NCBI GenBank assembly: GCA_003971905.1
Contig: RSEE01000012.1
Location: 558,001 to 622,000, forward strand
Source of the DNA: Moniliella sp. 'wahieum'
Lineage: Eukaryota
Direction: 5' to 3'
Length of the DNA stretch: 64,000 bases
Shown here: in pieces, positions 35,647-48,945 of the stretch
How the letters are laid out: every line of letters starts with the position of its first letter
How positions within the stretch are numbered: the stretch's first letter is position 1
Translations under genes and position numbers: made by a program
Notes under the pieces: model-generated
The model's database searches: none
The model's input: the letters and a program-made list of their open reading frames with translations, nothing else
What the model was told of the DNA's origin: nothing

Positions 35647-38600
35647 ATGCCCACTGCCCCGCCCAACCCCCCGACCCACCCACTCCCCCGCTCTTCGCCC
35701 GTCCACTCGCCCCGTGCGCGCCGCCTCGACCCGCTCGATCCTCCCGACCCCCTCGACCCGCCGCCCGCCCCACCGGTCGCTCCGCCGCCCCTGTTCCGCC
35801 GCCTGCTCCCGCGCCCGCTCCAGCTCCAGCTCACCACCATCACCACCGTCGCCGCGGATTGCTGGACCGCATCCGACACCCTTCCAGCGCCCATCACGTA
35901 CGTTCTCCACCCCGCCCCTCCCCCGCCACTGCGTCGCGAGCGCATGTACGCTGACGGCTTTCCCCAGTCCCCCAGCCCCCTACCGCCTCCGATCTCACAG
36001 GATCCTTCGCGCCGCACAAGCCAAGAGGGCAGCATCCGTTCCTTCTCTCGACCACTTCCATCCTCAAACGAGCCCCACCGCCTCGCTTACCTCCTTTCCA
36101 TCAGTCGCCGCGCTCCCGACGCCCTTGGCCCCGAGATGGAGGCGCCCGCACGTCCTCTCGCCCCCATCCGTCTCCTGGCCCCACTCATCGCCCATCCTCC
36201 GCGCCCACCCATCGCTGACCCGCCCTCGTTGAGCGCGTTGACCCGACTTGGACCTGGCTCCGGGCTCCCTCCACCCAGACGACTCGGCGTCGTCCGACCC
36301 AGCTACTATCGCCGATCGCCGCGCCACCATATTTACCCACCCGCCCCGGTGGACCGGCAAAAGAGCGCCCCGCCAACGAGTCAAGAGCACCTGTCCTCTC
36401 ATCGTGGCGTCCCCTCCAGTACGCCGCCTCCCGTCCCAGGGCCAGACTCGATTGCGAGTCACGACCAAGCGTCAGAGACATTGGAGGAGGAGCTAGCTCC
36501 GATCCCCATTACCACTGTTCTCACCGGGTCTTCGTCGGATTCCTCCTCGTCGCCTTCCCCTTCCAGGCGGACGTAATGCGGCGAGTGCGCTGTTGTGCCC
36601 CACAGCGCCTCTTCATCGGAGCAAGGCCGGAATAGCACCTCGAAACGCACCAAGTTCCACATTCCGCGCCTTTTTGGACGACATGGCAAGCAGCATGACC
36701 ATCCCGGCTCGAGGGAGCCCACTCTTCCCGCCGCGATTCCCCATCTATCCACGAATTGCATCAGTCCCAATCCACCCTTCGCTCAAGGGCAGCAAACGGG
36801 GCAAGACCGGTACCGGTACCCCTCCAACCAAACGGCTGAAATCGCCGCCCCCTCGGCATGCCCACCAGTGTTGGTCTTGATGTGGAACTAGAGGGTACAG
36901 AACGCTCAAAGCATGTGCGCCCCACGCCGTCGTTTCGCAACCTACGTCTTCCTCTACCAGCCAGATCCCGAGGCATCGGTTCTTCGAGCCAGACGCAGCT
37001 CAAACCGCCAAGTAAGCCGCAACTGGTCCCCCAGGGCAACCCTTCAGTCCTCTATCGATTTTGGTAAGTGGTCATGGGACGAATCTCACCCATTCCGGGT
37101 CGTCTCAGACGCAGGCTACCCGTCTACGACCACTTTGGGGCTGATCAATCGAGTGAAGTGGCCCCCCTATATGCCCCCACCTCCTCCAGCCCGGCCACTG
37201 CTGCCGCGTCATCGCTTCAGCCGAGCCCAAACCCGTCCCGGGGTCATATTTCAACTGAGCATACAACATTACCTGCGCCAGTCTGCCTACCGTCTCTCAC
37301 CCCGTCTGGTGGCGAAGTTCCCCAGCCTAGTCCTCACCCGACCTGACCAAGTTGCCCGCAAAGACCATGTTTGGTGCGGCGACGGGTGGCGATCCAACTC
37401 CGACTCGCGACCTTCAGCTTCGCCTCTTGCAGGATCTTCGTCGCTCAACGACTTCCCGCTCGGGCCGGACTCATCACGCCGCTTGCGCGCCAATGCCCCA
37501 CGGGTATCCCCTCGTACCTCATGCCCATATCGAAGCAGTGCGCCTACCTGGCATCCACCTCCCCTCTTCGGAAAAGGAGGATGCTGTCTTTGTCGCTTCC
37601 CCTACAACGCATCGGGATCAGGTTCCAGACCAACTTGTTCTTGGGACCAGGCATCCTCCATTCCTCGCAATGCGTCTCCTAGTGCCTCCAGACAACGCGA
37701 GGTCGTACGTCTGACGCAGCATGCCTGCCTCATCGGGAGCTCTGGCACCAGAAACATCCAGGTCGCGCACCTTCCAATTGGTCCGCTCGGACAGTTGGGC
37801 TGTCGAACCTTTGTGAACAAAAGCGGCAGTGGCCCTTCCTCTCTGGGCAAAGTCACAGGTGCATCCACCTGGATGGCGCCCCCATCTTGGGCAGTGGAGT
37901 TGGACGTGCCGACGCGAGGGCGAGCGCCTGCGTCCAGTTCCGCCTCCGCCGCGGGGGGCGAGCCAACAGCGATGGGAACGTCTTCCTGGATGGCACCTGA
38001 CTCGTGGGCTGTTCAGGCTGATCAAGGAGTTCGAGACCCAGGCGACTCGGACGAAGAAGACTCTCCTCGGCCGCGGGGATCGTTCGAGCCCAGCCCGGGC
38101 AGGACTGGGTCTGGGTCTCAGCCTCAGGAGTCGGCTTCGGCTCCTCTTACTAACCCATCCGCCCACAACGGTCGCCCACGAAGGTCTGACTCATCGGGGC
38201 GCGACACGTTAACCTCCCTTCCTCTTCGCCAAAATCGTCTCCAATCTGGACGGAGTCAGTCGCATGACCGACTTCCCCGGGAAAACATCGCACCTGGAAA
38301 GGACTCCATCGTGCCCGCCAACGGCACCTTCAACTCAAGTGTTGGCTCCTCTAAGACGCCTACGCCTCCTCTCTCGCGATCGAGCACGCCTACATCCTTG
38401 TTCCCCTTCCAATGAGTCAGGCTCGGTCCACCGCCCTTCGAACGCAGCGTCGACGACCACCGGTCTCTCGACCCGTTCCGACCTTGACTCGGTGGACAGT
38501 GTGGAGGAGATGCTGGATCCGCTTTTGCGATCCCAGGCGGGCAGGTCGCGTGGACGGGCGGAATCGCCATCGGGTCACCCCTCTGCCGAGTCCTCCTTCT

Positions 38601-41600
38601 CCATCTTCCGCCGAAAAGAAGAGCCAGGCGAGTCAAACACACGGACCAGTGCATCTGCCGATGGCCGCCTGGATTCGGTGCCCTGCCCAAACCCCACAGC
38701 AAGCCGACTGCCCCCGCGGGTAGTCAACTCGAGAGGAGGAGGCGGTGCGCTGGCGGCAGCGTCCGGTGCGGTGGGAACAGCGGCATCCATCTTTGGTCTG
38801 CGCACGGGATCGCCCCGGGTTCTGGGTCGGTACCATCACCATCACCACAACCGCGACCGCGATCGCGGGGACCGAGATCGTGAGCGGACGGGATCCGAGG
38901 CGAGTGGGGCGGGTCAGCCCATCTCCACCTTGTCTCCGCTGCCTGGGCGCATCGGGATCCAACGCGTCGTCTTCGCCTCGCCAAGGCCTTCACCGCCCCC
39001 TCATCCCACCGGTTCCAGCGGGGGGAGTGGTGCAGCGCTTCACGCTCTGGCCAACATGGGGTTGGGAGGCAGCATGGGTTTGGCTGGAATGGGAGAGCAT
39101 GCGTTTCCGGCGGGGCCACCGGCCATGGGACACGCCATCCTTGCTCCGCCCCACTTGGGTGCATTTGGGAGCAAGAATGGTCGCGACGCGGCCTCGATCC
39201 ATTCACAGCAGTCGGTTGGTGCCATCAGTGCCCATACGCCCCCGGCATCGGATGAGGAGGACTTGCTGAGCATGTACCGCCATGTGGTCCACGCCAAGGA
39301 ACCTGTCCGTCGTTTAGGCCGCTCTTCCACCTCTGCCTTGAATGCGAACGCATCGGACGCTGCATCTACCTCGAGTCGATTGACAAAACTCAATTTGGTC
39401 CGCATCTACCGGCCGGACGGCACGTTCGCCACGCTCCGTCTCACGTTGCAAAACACGACGGTCGAGTGCAAGGCCATCATCACGCGCAAAGTGTCGTTCA
39501 TGTCGGCCACCACCTCGGCGTATCGTCTTTTTGTCAGAGACAAGGGTGCTGGTATGTCTATAACTGCTTTCCTGGCCGAGTGCATGGGTGTGTGTGCCTG
39601 ATTTCTAACCTGTGTTGGTACCGCGAGAACGTCCTGGGCCCAAACGAGAAGCCTGCTTTGATCCAACGCCGGCGTTTGATTCAAGCCGGGTACAATGACT
39701 CGGACGGGCTGGAAGATATGGGGAAGGAGGATCTGTCCTACTTTATCAAGTTTATTTACCGCCCCGACTTTGTCCCCACGTTCGATTCAGAGAGCTTTGG
39801 GAACGACAAGGCTCACTACACTCATCTTGATGTGCATGGCCGCAACCTCGAGATGGTCCCCATCTTTCTATATAAACACGCCGACTGGATTGTCTCGCTG
39901 GACTTGTCGGGCAATCCCATGTCGGATGTGCCGGCGGACTTTGTACAGATGTGCACTCACCTGCGTCGGCTTCGGCTGCCAACTTGGCGCTCAAGCGGAT
40001 TCCCTCGGGTGTGCGTGTCTCGGCCTCGATCACTCATCTTGACCTGAGCAACAACCGCATCCTCCAGCTCGAGCCATCGCTCGAAGGGTGCCGGGCGCTG
40101 CAGTCGATCAAGCGCTGAACAACCGCCTGTATCAACTGCCGCCCTGGATGCCCAGGGTGGAAACGTTGCGCTGCCTCAACCTCTCCAATAACCGCTTTGA
40201 CACTCTCCCCCATTGTCACTTCGCTGTGCAACCTGGCGGAGCTGGACCTCTCCTTTAACAGCATTCGTCAACTGCCCCCCGAAATTGGCCAGTTGCAAAA
40301 GCTGGAGCAGTTGATCCTCGTCGGCAACTCGATCGAAAACCTGCCGGACCAGATGGCCAATCTGGGCAACCTCCACACGATCGACTTGCGCCGCAACTTG
40401 GTTCACGATGTCAGCATCCTCTTCCACATGCCGCGGGTGAATGTGGTCAAATGCGGGCACAATTCCATCCGCCACTTTGAAGCGACGCTAGGTGAGCGAA
40501 TGCGGATTCTTGAAGTGGGACAAAATCCCATGACCAAGGTATCCTTGGGCGCCTTCTCGGCATCGGACTTGACCAGCCTCAACCTGAGCTCGACCAACAT
40601 GGCCCGGTTGGACGAAGGCCTGTTCCGTCTGTTGCCCTCCCTCACCGAACTCATCCTCGACCGCAACCAGTTTGTTACCCTTCCCGACTCGCTGGGGGAA
40701 CTGGCCAACTTGATCGTCTTTAGCTGCAACAACAACAATTTGGCCACCCTTCCCGACTCGATCGGAAACCTACGCAAGTTGACCAGGCTCAACATTCAGA
40801 ACAACAACCTCAAGCGTCTTCCGGCCTCCATTTGGAATTGTGCTTCTCTCTCACGCTTGAATGCCACATCGAACTTACTCGAAGCGTTTCCCCTTCCGCC
40901 CCTTGTCTCGCGCCCATCAACGGCAACCCCAGCTACCGGCTCCATCTCGTCCAACCCTCTCGACACAGCAACCGAGACTGTTCCAGGCACCGCTACCGAC
41001 TCGGACCGGAAGGGCTCAGTTGGCTCGATCCAGGTCCACGCGGTGGTGCGACGATGGCGAGCTCGGTGGAGGATGTGCGTCCGTTGGCCAAGAGCTTGCG
41101 CCAGTTCCGTGCCGGAGACAACCATTTGGCCGACGATGTGTTCACCATTCTGCATCTCTTTACCGACCTGGAAGTGCTCAACCTCAGTTCAACGAGATTT
41201 ATGAGGTGCCCCCCAACACGTTGTCCCAGCACAAACGGCTACAGGAGCTGTACCTATCCGGGAACAGTCTGACCAGTGTCCCGAAGACCTGTCGCAACTG
41301 CGTGAGCTCAAGGTGCTCTTCTTGAACGGAAACAAGCTCCAAACCCTGCCGGCCGAGTTGGGACAGATGACGGCCTTGGTCGAGTTGGATGTAGGGAACA
41401 ACAACCTCAAGTACAACATTGCCAACTGGACGTACGACTGGAACTGGAACAACAACCCCGAACTTCGGTATCTGAACCTTAGTGGCAACCAACGCTTTGA
41501 GATCAAGTCCAAGATCCTCACCCTCAACGGTCGTCGAAAGAATATCTCTGACTTTGGGGATTTGCATTCGCTTCGCGTGCTGGGCCTGATGGACGTTACG

Positions 41601-43971
41601 GTCGCTGCCCAATCGACCCCCGACGAGCTGATCAATCGCGGGTGCGCACGTCGCTGTCCAAGGTGAACCACATGTCCTACGGCATTTCCGATGCGTTGGG
41701 GGACCGAGACGAGTTGAGCACGGTGGATGTGGTGGTGCCCATGTTCCGCAAAGTAGAAACGGAGGCACTGTTGGCCATGTTTGATGCGCGCGGCCAAGTG
41801 TCGTGTGGCGGCAGCAAAATCTCGCGCTTTATGGCCGAGGCATTCCGATCCAGTTTGAAAAGCAGCTGGCACTCATGGGCCCAGGCGGGGACGGTGCGAC
41901 GGTGGAAGATTGTCTGCGTCGGTCCTTCCTACAGCTCAACAGCCTCTTTACCGATATCATTGTTGAGGAGCACAATCGTCGCAAGTCGGACCTTCGTAAC
42001 GTGGAGCTATGGACGACCATCTTCCCGTCAAACGGTTTGATGTCGCATCCACGCCCGACTGGGCCGAAGGGTGCTCGGCGATCGTGCGTACATTGTGGAT
42101 CATACCCTCTACATTGCCAACGCTGGTGATGCATTGGCGGTCCTGTCGCACAATGGCGGACAGGCCGAGCTGATCGCGACCAAACATGATCCTTTTGACC
42201 GCAACGAAACCCAACGCATCCGTACGGCCGAGGGGTGGGTATCGCTGGGAGGCTGTGTCAACGACAAGTTGGAGGTGTCACGTGGGTTTGGGTACTACAA
42301 CCTGTTCCCAGTTGTCAATGCCGCGCCCGCGGTGCACAAGGTGCAGCTGTCCGACTCGCACGAGTTTGTGATCATTGCCAATCGGTCGCTATGGGAGTTC
42401 CTGTCGTACCAGACGGCCGTCGACATTGCGCGCATGGAACGAGACGAACCAATGATTGCGGCCCAACGGCTCCGAGACCTGGCCATCTCTTACGGAGGGG
42501 ACGAAAGTATCATGGTTATGATCCTCTCGGTTGCCGACTGTTTGGCAACCGACGAGGCTTTGACCCCCTCGCAGCGGAAGTGATCCGTCGCCAACGCTTT
42601 GGTGGTGGGGCCAGTCTGCCTGCCGACCGTACGCTGGCCCGGCTGGAACGTGAAATCCCACCAGCCCATTGGTCAGATTGCGCTTGTATTTACCGACATT
42701 AAGAACTCGACCCACCTGTGGGAAACCAACTCGGGTATGCACACGGCCATGCGCATCCACAATACCCTCTTGCGACGACAGTTACGTACCGTTGCGGGCT
42801 TTGAAAGCAAGGTCGAAGGTGATGGCATGATGGTACGTCCCTACGCCCACTTGCTGTGCTGTCCCGCTGAGCAGATCAACTGACCCAACACTGTTTTCCT
42901 ACCTCCTTTCAGGCCAGTTTCTCGTCCGTTGCCGCAGCGCTACTGTGGTGCTTCAACGTTCAGATTGGGTTGCTGCACGAGGACTGGCCCCAAGAGCTGC
43001 TGGAGAGCGAGGATGGGAAAGAAATCTGTGACGAGCACGGCAACGTGATCTACCGTGGACTCCGACTCCGCATGGGCATTCATTGGGGCAGTCCAGTGTG
43101 TGAGCCAGACCCAATCACGGGGCGGATGGACTACTTTGGTCCGATGGTCAACCGCGCCTCGCGGATCGCCAGCGCGGCTGATGGCGGCCAGATTTGCGTG
43201 AGCAATGACGTGGTGCAAGAGCTGAGCGACACGATTGGTGTGTTTGACAGCTCGAACCAGATCCGCGCGATGGACGATGAAGATGAGTATCCAATGGCCA
43301 ACGTGAGCCGCGACGTGGTCCTCCTGCGTCGTATGGGCTTTGGCATCACTGAGATTGGATTCCGCCGACTCAAGGGGCTGGAGACGCCTGAGCTGCTTTA
43401 CCTTGTCAACCCGCGCCATTGATGGGCCGTTTGAACAACGATCGGACACTCCAGATGGAGGCCCATCCGGCTCGCGTGTTTGAACCAACGGTGCAGCTGT
43501 TGAACGCGCGCAGTTCGTGAGATTGGCTTGTTGTGTCTGCGGATCGAGGCGCTCAGCAACGGTCGTCCCTTCCCAGGGATCATGGCGATGCACGGGGACC
43601 AGGCACGGATGCGGTACATTGAAGGTACCGTATCCATAAGCCCGAGTTGCTCGTCTGTATGGTCATGACGATGCGTCGGACGAAGAGTTGGCCTTGGTCC
43701 TAGTCCAGCTCACTGTCCGATTGTCCAATGCGGTGGCCAAGATGACGCTCGACTTGGTGGTGCGCAGCATGCCGCGTATCACGCCCCCTTCCGATCCTGC
43801 CGGCTGGAATATGGGCATTCCCATCACGACTATGGAAGAGCCGCGCAGGTGAGTGGCGGCATGCCCGCACAGTCGGGCGAAAGCACGTCGCAACAGTCGG
43901 ACGCGCTGGGCATGAACCTCATCGAGCTGCAACACCTCGTTCGTCACCTCCAAAACCTCACGCAACTTTAA
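35647..43971 (+). CDS. CYR1: Fungal adenylate cyclase (RA, LRR, PP2C-like and class III cyclase domains)
   Basis: RA domain LVRIYRPDGTFATL..LGPNEKPALIQRRRLIQAGY; many LRRs; NLKYNIANWTYDWNWNNNPELRYLNLSGN; PP2C-like LYIANAGDALAVL; catalytic VFTDIKNST, KVEGDG|M (intron 42833..42912), RMGIHWG, MDYFGPMVNRASR. The start is uncertain because of a long low-complexity N-terminus and indels. Confidence 0.93.
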
Positions 43972-45328
43972 TGTAGCCTCGGTGCTAATGCAAAGGCTGA
44001 TGCGCCTACCAAGGTTGCGGATGCTTCACAGTCTGCGTGCTCTTGCTGTACAGGCCACCGGCCGGCCACCCTCACGCCCTCTATTTATCCCCTCTCGTCC
44101 TTCCTTTTCCTCCCTTCCTTGTTTTCTCCTTTTCCTCCCTTTCTCTTGTTTTCTTCGTTTTTTTCTCCTTGCTCTCGTCCTTACTTCCGTGTCCGTTTTG
44201 TCGTTACCGATTCGATGTGGATGCTGTGGCAAAACCTTTGGGTTGGCGCGCACGATGAAATGGCCTCCCCATGTTGTCGACCTATGCTTCTCTCGCATGA
44301 TCCATTTTCGCCACTCCCACATGATAATGCTACGCGTGGACAAAGTGTAACGAGGCGTAGAATGGCAGACCCATTTAGTCAGGGTGTGATAGATGATTAC
44401 CTCTTGCCTGAGCGCCTGAGCGAAGCAGTCGGTGGTGGGCAGGTGGGGTGGGTGGGCACGGGCAGATGGTCTTGCTTTGAGTGGCGCCGTACTTGCCAGT
44501 AGCCATGCCCATCTGGGTGGCTACCGGGTTTTCACGGATTGTCGATTACGTGGTAGCAATCATTAATCACCATCCTACACAGGCTTGTGACATGTGACAT
44601 GTGACCATGTGACCGCTGTGCCATCCCCTCGCTTCGTCACTTCCTTCATACCACCCCCACCTCTTCGTTCTTCGTTCAACTCGTTCCCCCGTACTCACTC
44701 ATCTGCTTGTGTTAGTACAGACCGCACCTTCTGCCTGCCCTAGTACGTGACTAGTACGGCACGGCATAGATGGTGGGGGGAATGCGTTGTGGTGGCGCCT
44801 ACCCGTTCTTTTAATAGGATAGAGCAGAGCCGGGGTGTGAAGAATGCGAAGGCGAGGCTTGACGCGTGAGAAGCTTGACGCCGGAGAATAGTACAGCGAG
44901 GGCGACCAAAGAGAACAACCATATACAACCAGGCAATGATGACGCAACAGGGTCAGTAGACCACGGGGTACACCAATCCGTCTACTCTCCATAACCCCAC
45001 AAAGAATAGCCGCGTGATTCGATCCATAATTAAGGGCCGCCAGCAATCATCCACTGAGCAGTATCCCCCCCTCTCTGGATTGCATTTCCTACCTATCTAC
45101 TTGATCGAAAGCCAGCAAGCATTGCACGAGGCCATTGGTAAACAAAGGATGAAGTGAACTGATGGGGACCGAACATTGGCGCATGGCCGGTGCCTAAACT
45201 CAGCCCTCGCTCACAAGCACAGACCTGCTCATCATGATCGTCCATGCCCGTGGTCTTGCCAAAACCGCTTTCCCTGCTCGTTCCGGCGTCCTTGCCGCTA
45301 TCGTCAAGGGAAACAGCACTGCAACGCT

Positions 45329-46005
45329 CTAAGGAGCGTACGTGCTGCCCTCGGCGGGCTGCGGTAGCTTGCGATTGGCTGGCAGCGCCATCTCCCTAAC
45401 AACAAAGAATACATAGGATCAGTGTTTTGCCCGGCATAAATCGAGGGTGGTTATAACTCACTTGCGCAGCTCGTTGAGTACCGTCTCAATTGTGTAGTCT
45501 CTCCGCCACGATGACAGAACATTCACACTCTTCGGGTCCACCTGGGCAGCCATCCTCGGGTCAGTCACTTTAGTTATCTAAACCGTTTTCACGCACCTTT
45601 CCATCAGTCGAGTTGATGCCGGGAAGGTTGATCTTGGTGAGGAACGCAACGGTAGGCGGGTCATCCGGGTAGTTGGGGCCACAGTGAATCCTGAGCGAGT
45701 AAATCCGGTTCTGATGCACCGAGTGGGGAGGGCCAATGATGGTGCCGTTCCAGTTGGACATCAGCATGTCAGACCGTCGTCCCGCCCGTAGCTCAGAGTT
45801 CCATCACCCAAACCCTTCTCGCCCTTCTCTAGCTCCTCGAGAAGACGAAAGTTACGCGGGACTGGCCAGAGACAAGGTCAGGAAAGGCGTCGTGGCCAGG
45901 GATTGAACTCAGCGAACAGCTGAGACGGCGGGAACATGGCCAATAGAAGGGCGGCGCCAATATGTGGCCATCGCCGGGCAAGATAATGGACGTACCCTTG
46001 GCCAT
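45329..46005 (-). CDS. MMS2: Ubiquitin-conjugating enzyme variant Mms2/UEV1
   Basis: Spliced product [98 protein letters not shown]; three GT-AG introns. Confidence 0.95.
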
Positions 46006-46232
46006 GATGATGTGGACAGCGACAAAAGCGGTGGTGTGGTGGCAGTGCAGGGAGCGGGACGGCCGCGGCGGATGCGCCGATGTGGCTATGGAGCTGCGGC
46101 CAGCAATGGGCCGCGGTGGGTAGAGAGATGACGTAAGGGTCATCGGCAGCTCTCGGGACCGATCATCGATCATCGATCACCGACCATGCATCATTCACCA
46201 TCATGCATCATGCACCGTGTGCGTGATACAGG

Positions 46233-46274
46233 ATGCATGATGCATGATGCATGATGCATGATGCATGATGCATG
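46233..46274. repeat. (ATGCATG)x6 heptamer tandem repeat in the MMS2/TIM22 divergent promoter
   Basis: Read directly. Confidence 0.95.
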
Positions 46275-46717
46275 ATGTGGCTCGGTAGCGTGTTTCAACT
46301 TTCAACCTCAGCGGTGCAATTTGCCACATGCCATCAGCTGGGTAAGACACACGGAGCGGCCCACGATGTGGAAAATTGCAAATGTGTCTCCACCAGCACC
46401 TAAAACCCAGCCAGCCCAAAGGGCCGCTGGGCCGAAGACCAAACGCAACCAACCGGGTCCTGTACATCCTTACCTGTGGTGCTGCTTGGAGAAGTATTAC
46501 TTGCAATACAATGGCAGGAAGGTCCTCAACACAAACACGGATGCCCACCATTCCCCCTTCAATCGATAATCCGGCTCTGCGGCGAGGCCCTCGCGAGCTG
46601 TCCAATATGTGGACGTGGGACACTGAGGCGGAATTGGGCGGAAGGTGTGCGAAATTGTTCTCGCATGCGCTCTGCTCCACCTGACCCCTGGCTTGTTCCA
46701 CCATCCCCATCCCCCCG

Positions 46718-47359
46718 ATGAATTCGCCATGGTTAACGCCCGTCTACGTTCCGGGAAAGGAACCTCTACCCCCTGGAGTCAATGAGGAAGACCGTGCTCA
46801 GCTGCAGCAACTTGAGTACTGGTCCAAGTTTGGAGCTGGTGCCATGGAAAGCTGTCCCGTCAAGTTTGCCATTTCAGGCGTCGCTGGCTTTGGTCTCGGT
46901 GCCTTTTTTCAGCTCTTCTCCGCCGCCCTCAGCGCCGATGATCCAATGAGGAGAACCAATCTCTACCTTCAAGCTCAAGCTGCTGGACTTCCTGAACCCA
47001 AGTTGAGCACAATGGACCAGACCAAGGAATTGTTCAAAGACACCGGCCGCCAAATGTGGCGCTCGGGTAAGGGGTTCGCCAAGATTGGTGCCCTCTACTC
47101 GGGAATCGAGTGCTGCGTCGAAGGATACCGGGCGAAGAACGACATTCAGAACTCAATCATCGCTGGTGGTCTTGCAGGCGCAATTCTCGCCCGCAACTCG
47201 GGAGTAAAGGCCATGATCGCTGGTGGTGCTGGGTTTGCTGCCTTTTCGAGCGCTATTGACCTCTAGTATGTGTCCCTCTTCTCTTTTTTTCTTCCTGTTT
47301 TCCATTTGCTAACACGAATCACGTCCAGTCTCAGGAGAGAGCCCGCAGATGAACCATGA
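46718..47359 (+). CDS. TIM22: Mitochondrial inner membrane translocase Tim22
   Basis: AMESCPVK..SGVAGFGLGAFF, SGKGFAKIGALYSGIECCVEGYRAKND, GAILARNSG..GGAGFAAFSSAIDLY; intron 47266..47328, then LRREPADEP*. Confidence 0.95.
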
Positions 47360-48945
47360 GGCCCGGGGGCTGAGGTTCCCTTTCCTCCGACCCGCGCTGG
47401 AACGTCTGGCCCAAAACCAGACTAAAAGGATGGGTCATCGTTGCGCTGCGCCCCATATACAAACGCCGAATTACGATTGTAATTGAACGAACAAGACACG
47501 TCATGATGCTTTCTGACAATGCTGACTGTGTGGGTATTTCCAGCCCCTACAGGGTAAAATTGATCTAGTTCATCTCGATTTCACTGCTTCTGTACCTTGC
47601 CTGTCCCACCCTGCCGTCCATTCCTGCGAGTCCATCGTCATTGAATGACGTCTTGAAATGCCAATATCATATACATCACGCCCTAGTATTTTTGAGGTCA
47701 TTTTGGCGGGAATAGCAATACAGGTACTGAAGGCGACACGATAACCGAGGGAACTAAGAGTGTGAGGAATTCTCATGGATCTGTGACAATCACTGGCAAC
47801 CTTGTTCTCCAGAGGGGAGTGGCATAGCTGGTGGCCCTTTAGTAGGAACCACTGTAACACAGATAGCTCTTCTGTATCAAAATAAGAATGTTAGCAAGGA
47901 CATTTCCGCTGTGGTCCACATTACTACCAACTGATCCATGGGGCAGTGGAATATATACACACTTTGTTTCCACAACGTTCAACGTGTCCCTCACAGGCCT
48001 CACAAGTCCATCGTTGTGTTGAAGTAATCGGATCATGTTGTGCATAATCAACAACATGGACCACGGGGTGAATCTTCTCAAGGCAACCAGTACTCCAACC
48101 AGCTCCAAACATCTCCTGACGCTGGTTGGCCGCTAGAGGCAGAGATGGGAGCAAATACAATGGGGGGTCGAGTGGGTCGTGCATCATGCTGGGCGTCGGC
48201 CTCTGTGTTGTTTTGTTGGCGAAGCAAAACCGACAGCGATGGTTTGTTGTCTGATGGGGAGCAAAACGGGAGAGGGAAAATGAGCTTCCGCGGTCATATA
48301 TAACGAGAAGAGTGTAACTTTAGCAGAGGCGGACCGTGCTGAGATCTGAGATCCGCAGGTTCCGAGATGTGGGGGCAGCCGTCTGTGTGACGAGATGATG
48401 CATGATAACGGGTTGCTAGTTGCTATGGAGATGGTCGATGATCGATCAATCAAGAGAATCGATAACTAAAAAAGTACACAAGAACCGCTTTTTAATCATT
48501 TCAATTGGACCAACGGCAGCAGAGGCCGAGTATAGGTTGGACCCTGATGCCTTGGGTCGTTTCCATGCCCCCCCCCTTTGTGTCGTAGGAGTACCAACCA
48601 TCAAGATGATTTTCCGGTCCGCGCCACAGTAGCTGCTGCGGCCTCAACGAATATTGCCACCGTAAATCACATCTATCTTGTGCACCAAACGAGCGGAGTG
48701 AAAATGCTGAAGCAGTTCTCACAGAAAAGCGAAGGGAGAGGTCGCAAGTATAAGATCGGGGCCGTATGATACCTTATTCTACGTATACTGTGTGCTCGGA
48801 GCCCCCGCTGCAACAAGATCTGGTTTTCTCTACTGGCCCAGTTATTATCCCAATATTCTCGTACTCGGAGCCTCCGTGCTGAAAGCGCTGTTGTAATCTG
48901 TTCAGCCTCCTACTGAGAGGGCCCCAGGCTCATAGCAATTGCGAG

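Noticed and set aside
46186..46277. Repeat arrays interpreted as CRISPR or telomeric repeats
   Set aside because: Eukaryotic context, no unique spacers, and no TTAGGG tracts; these are simple heptamer arrays.
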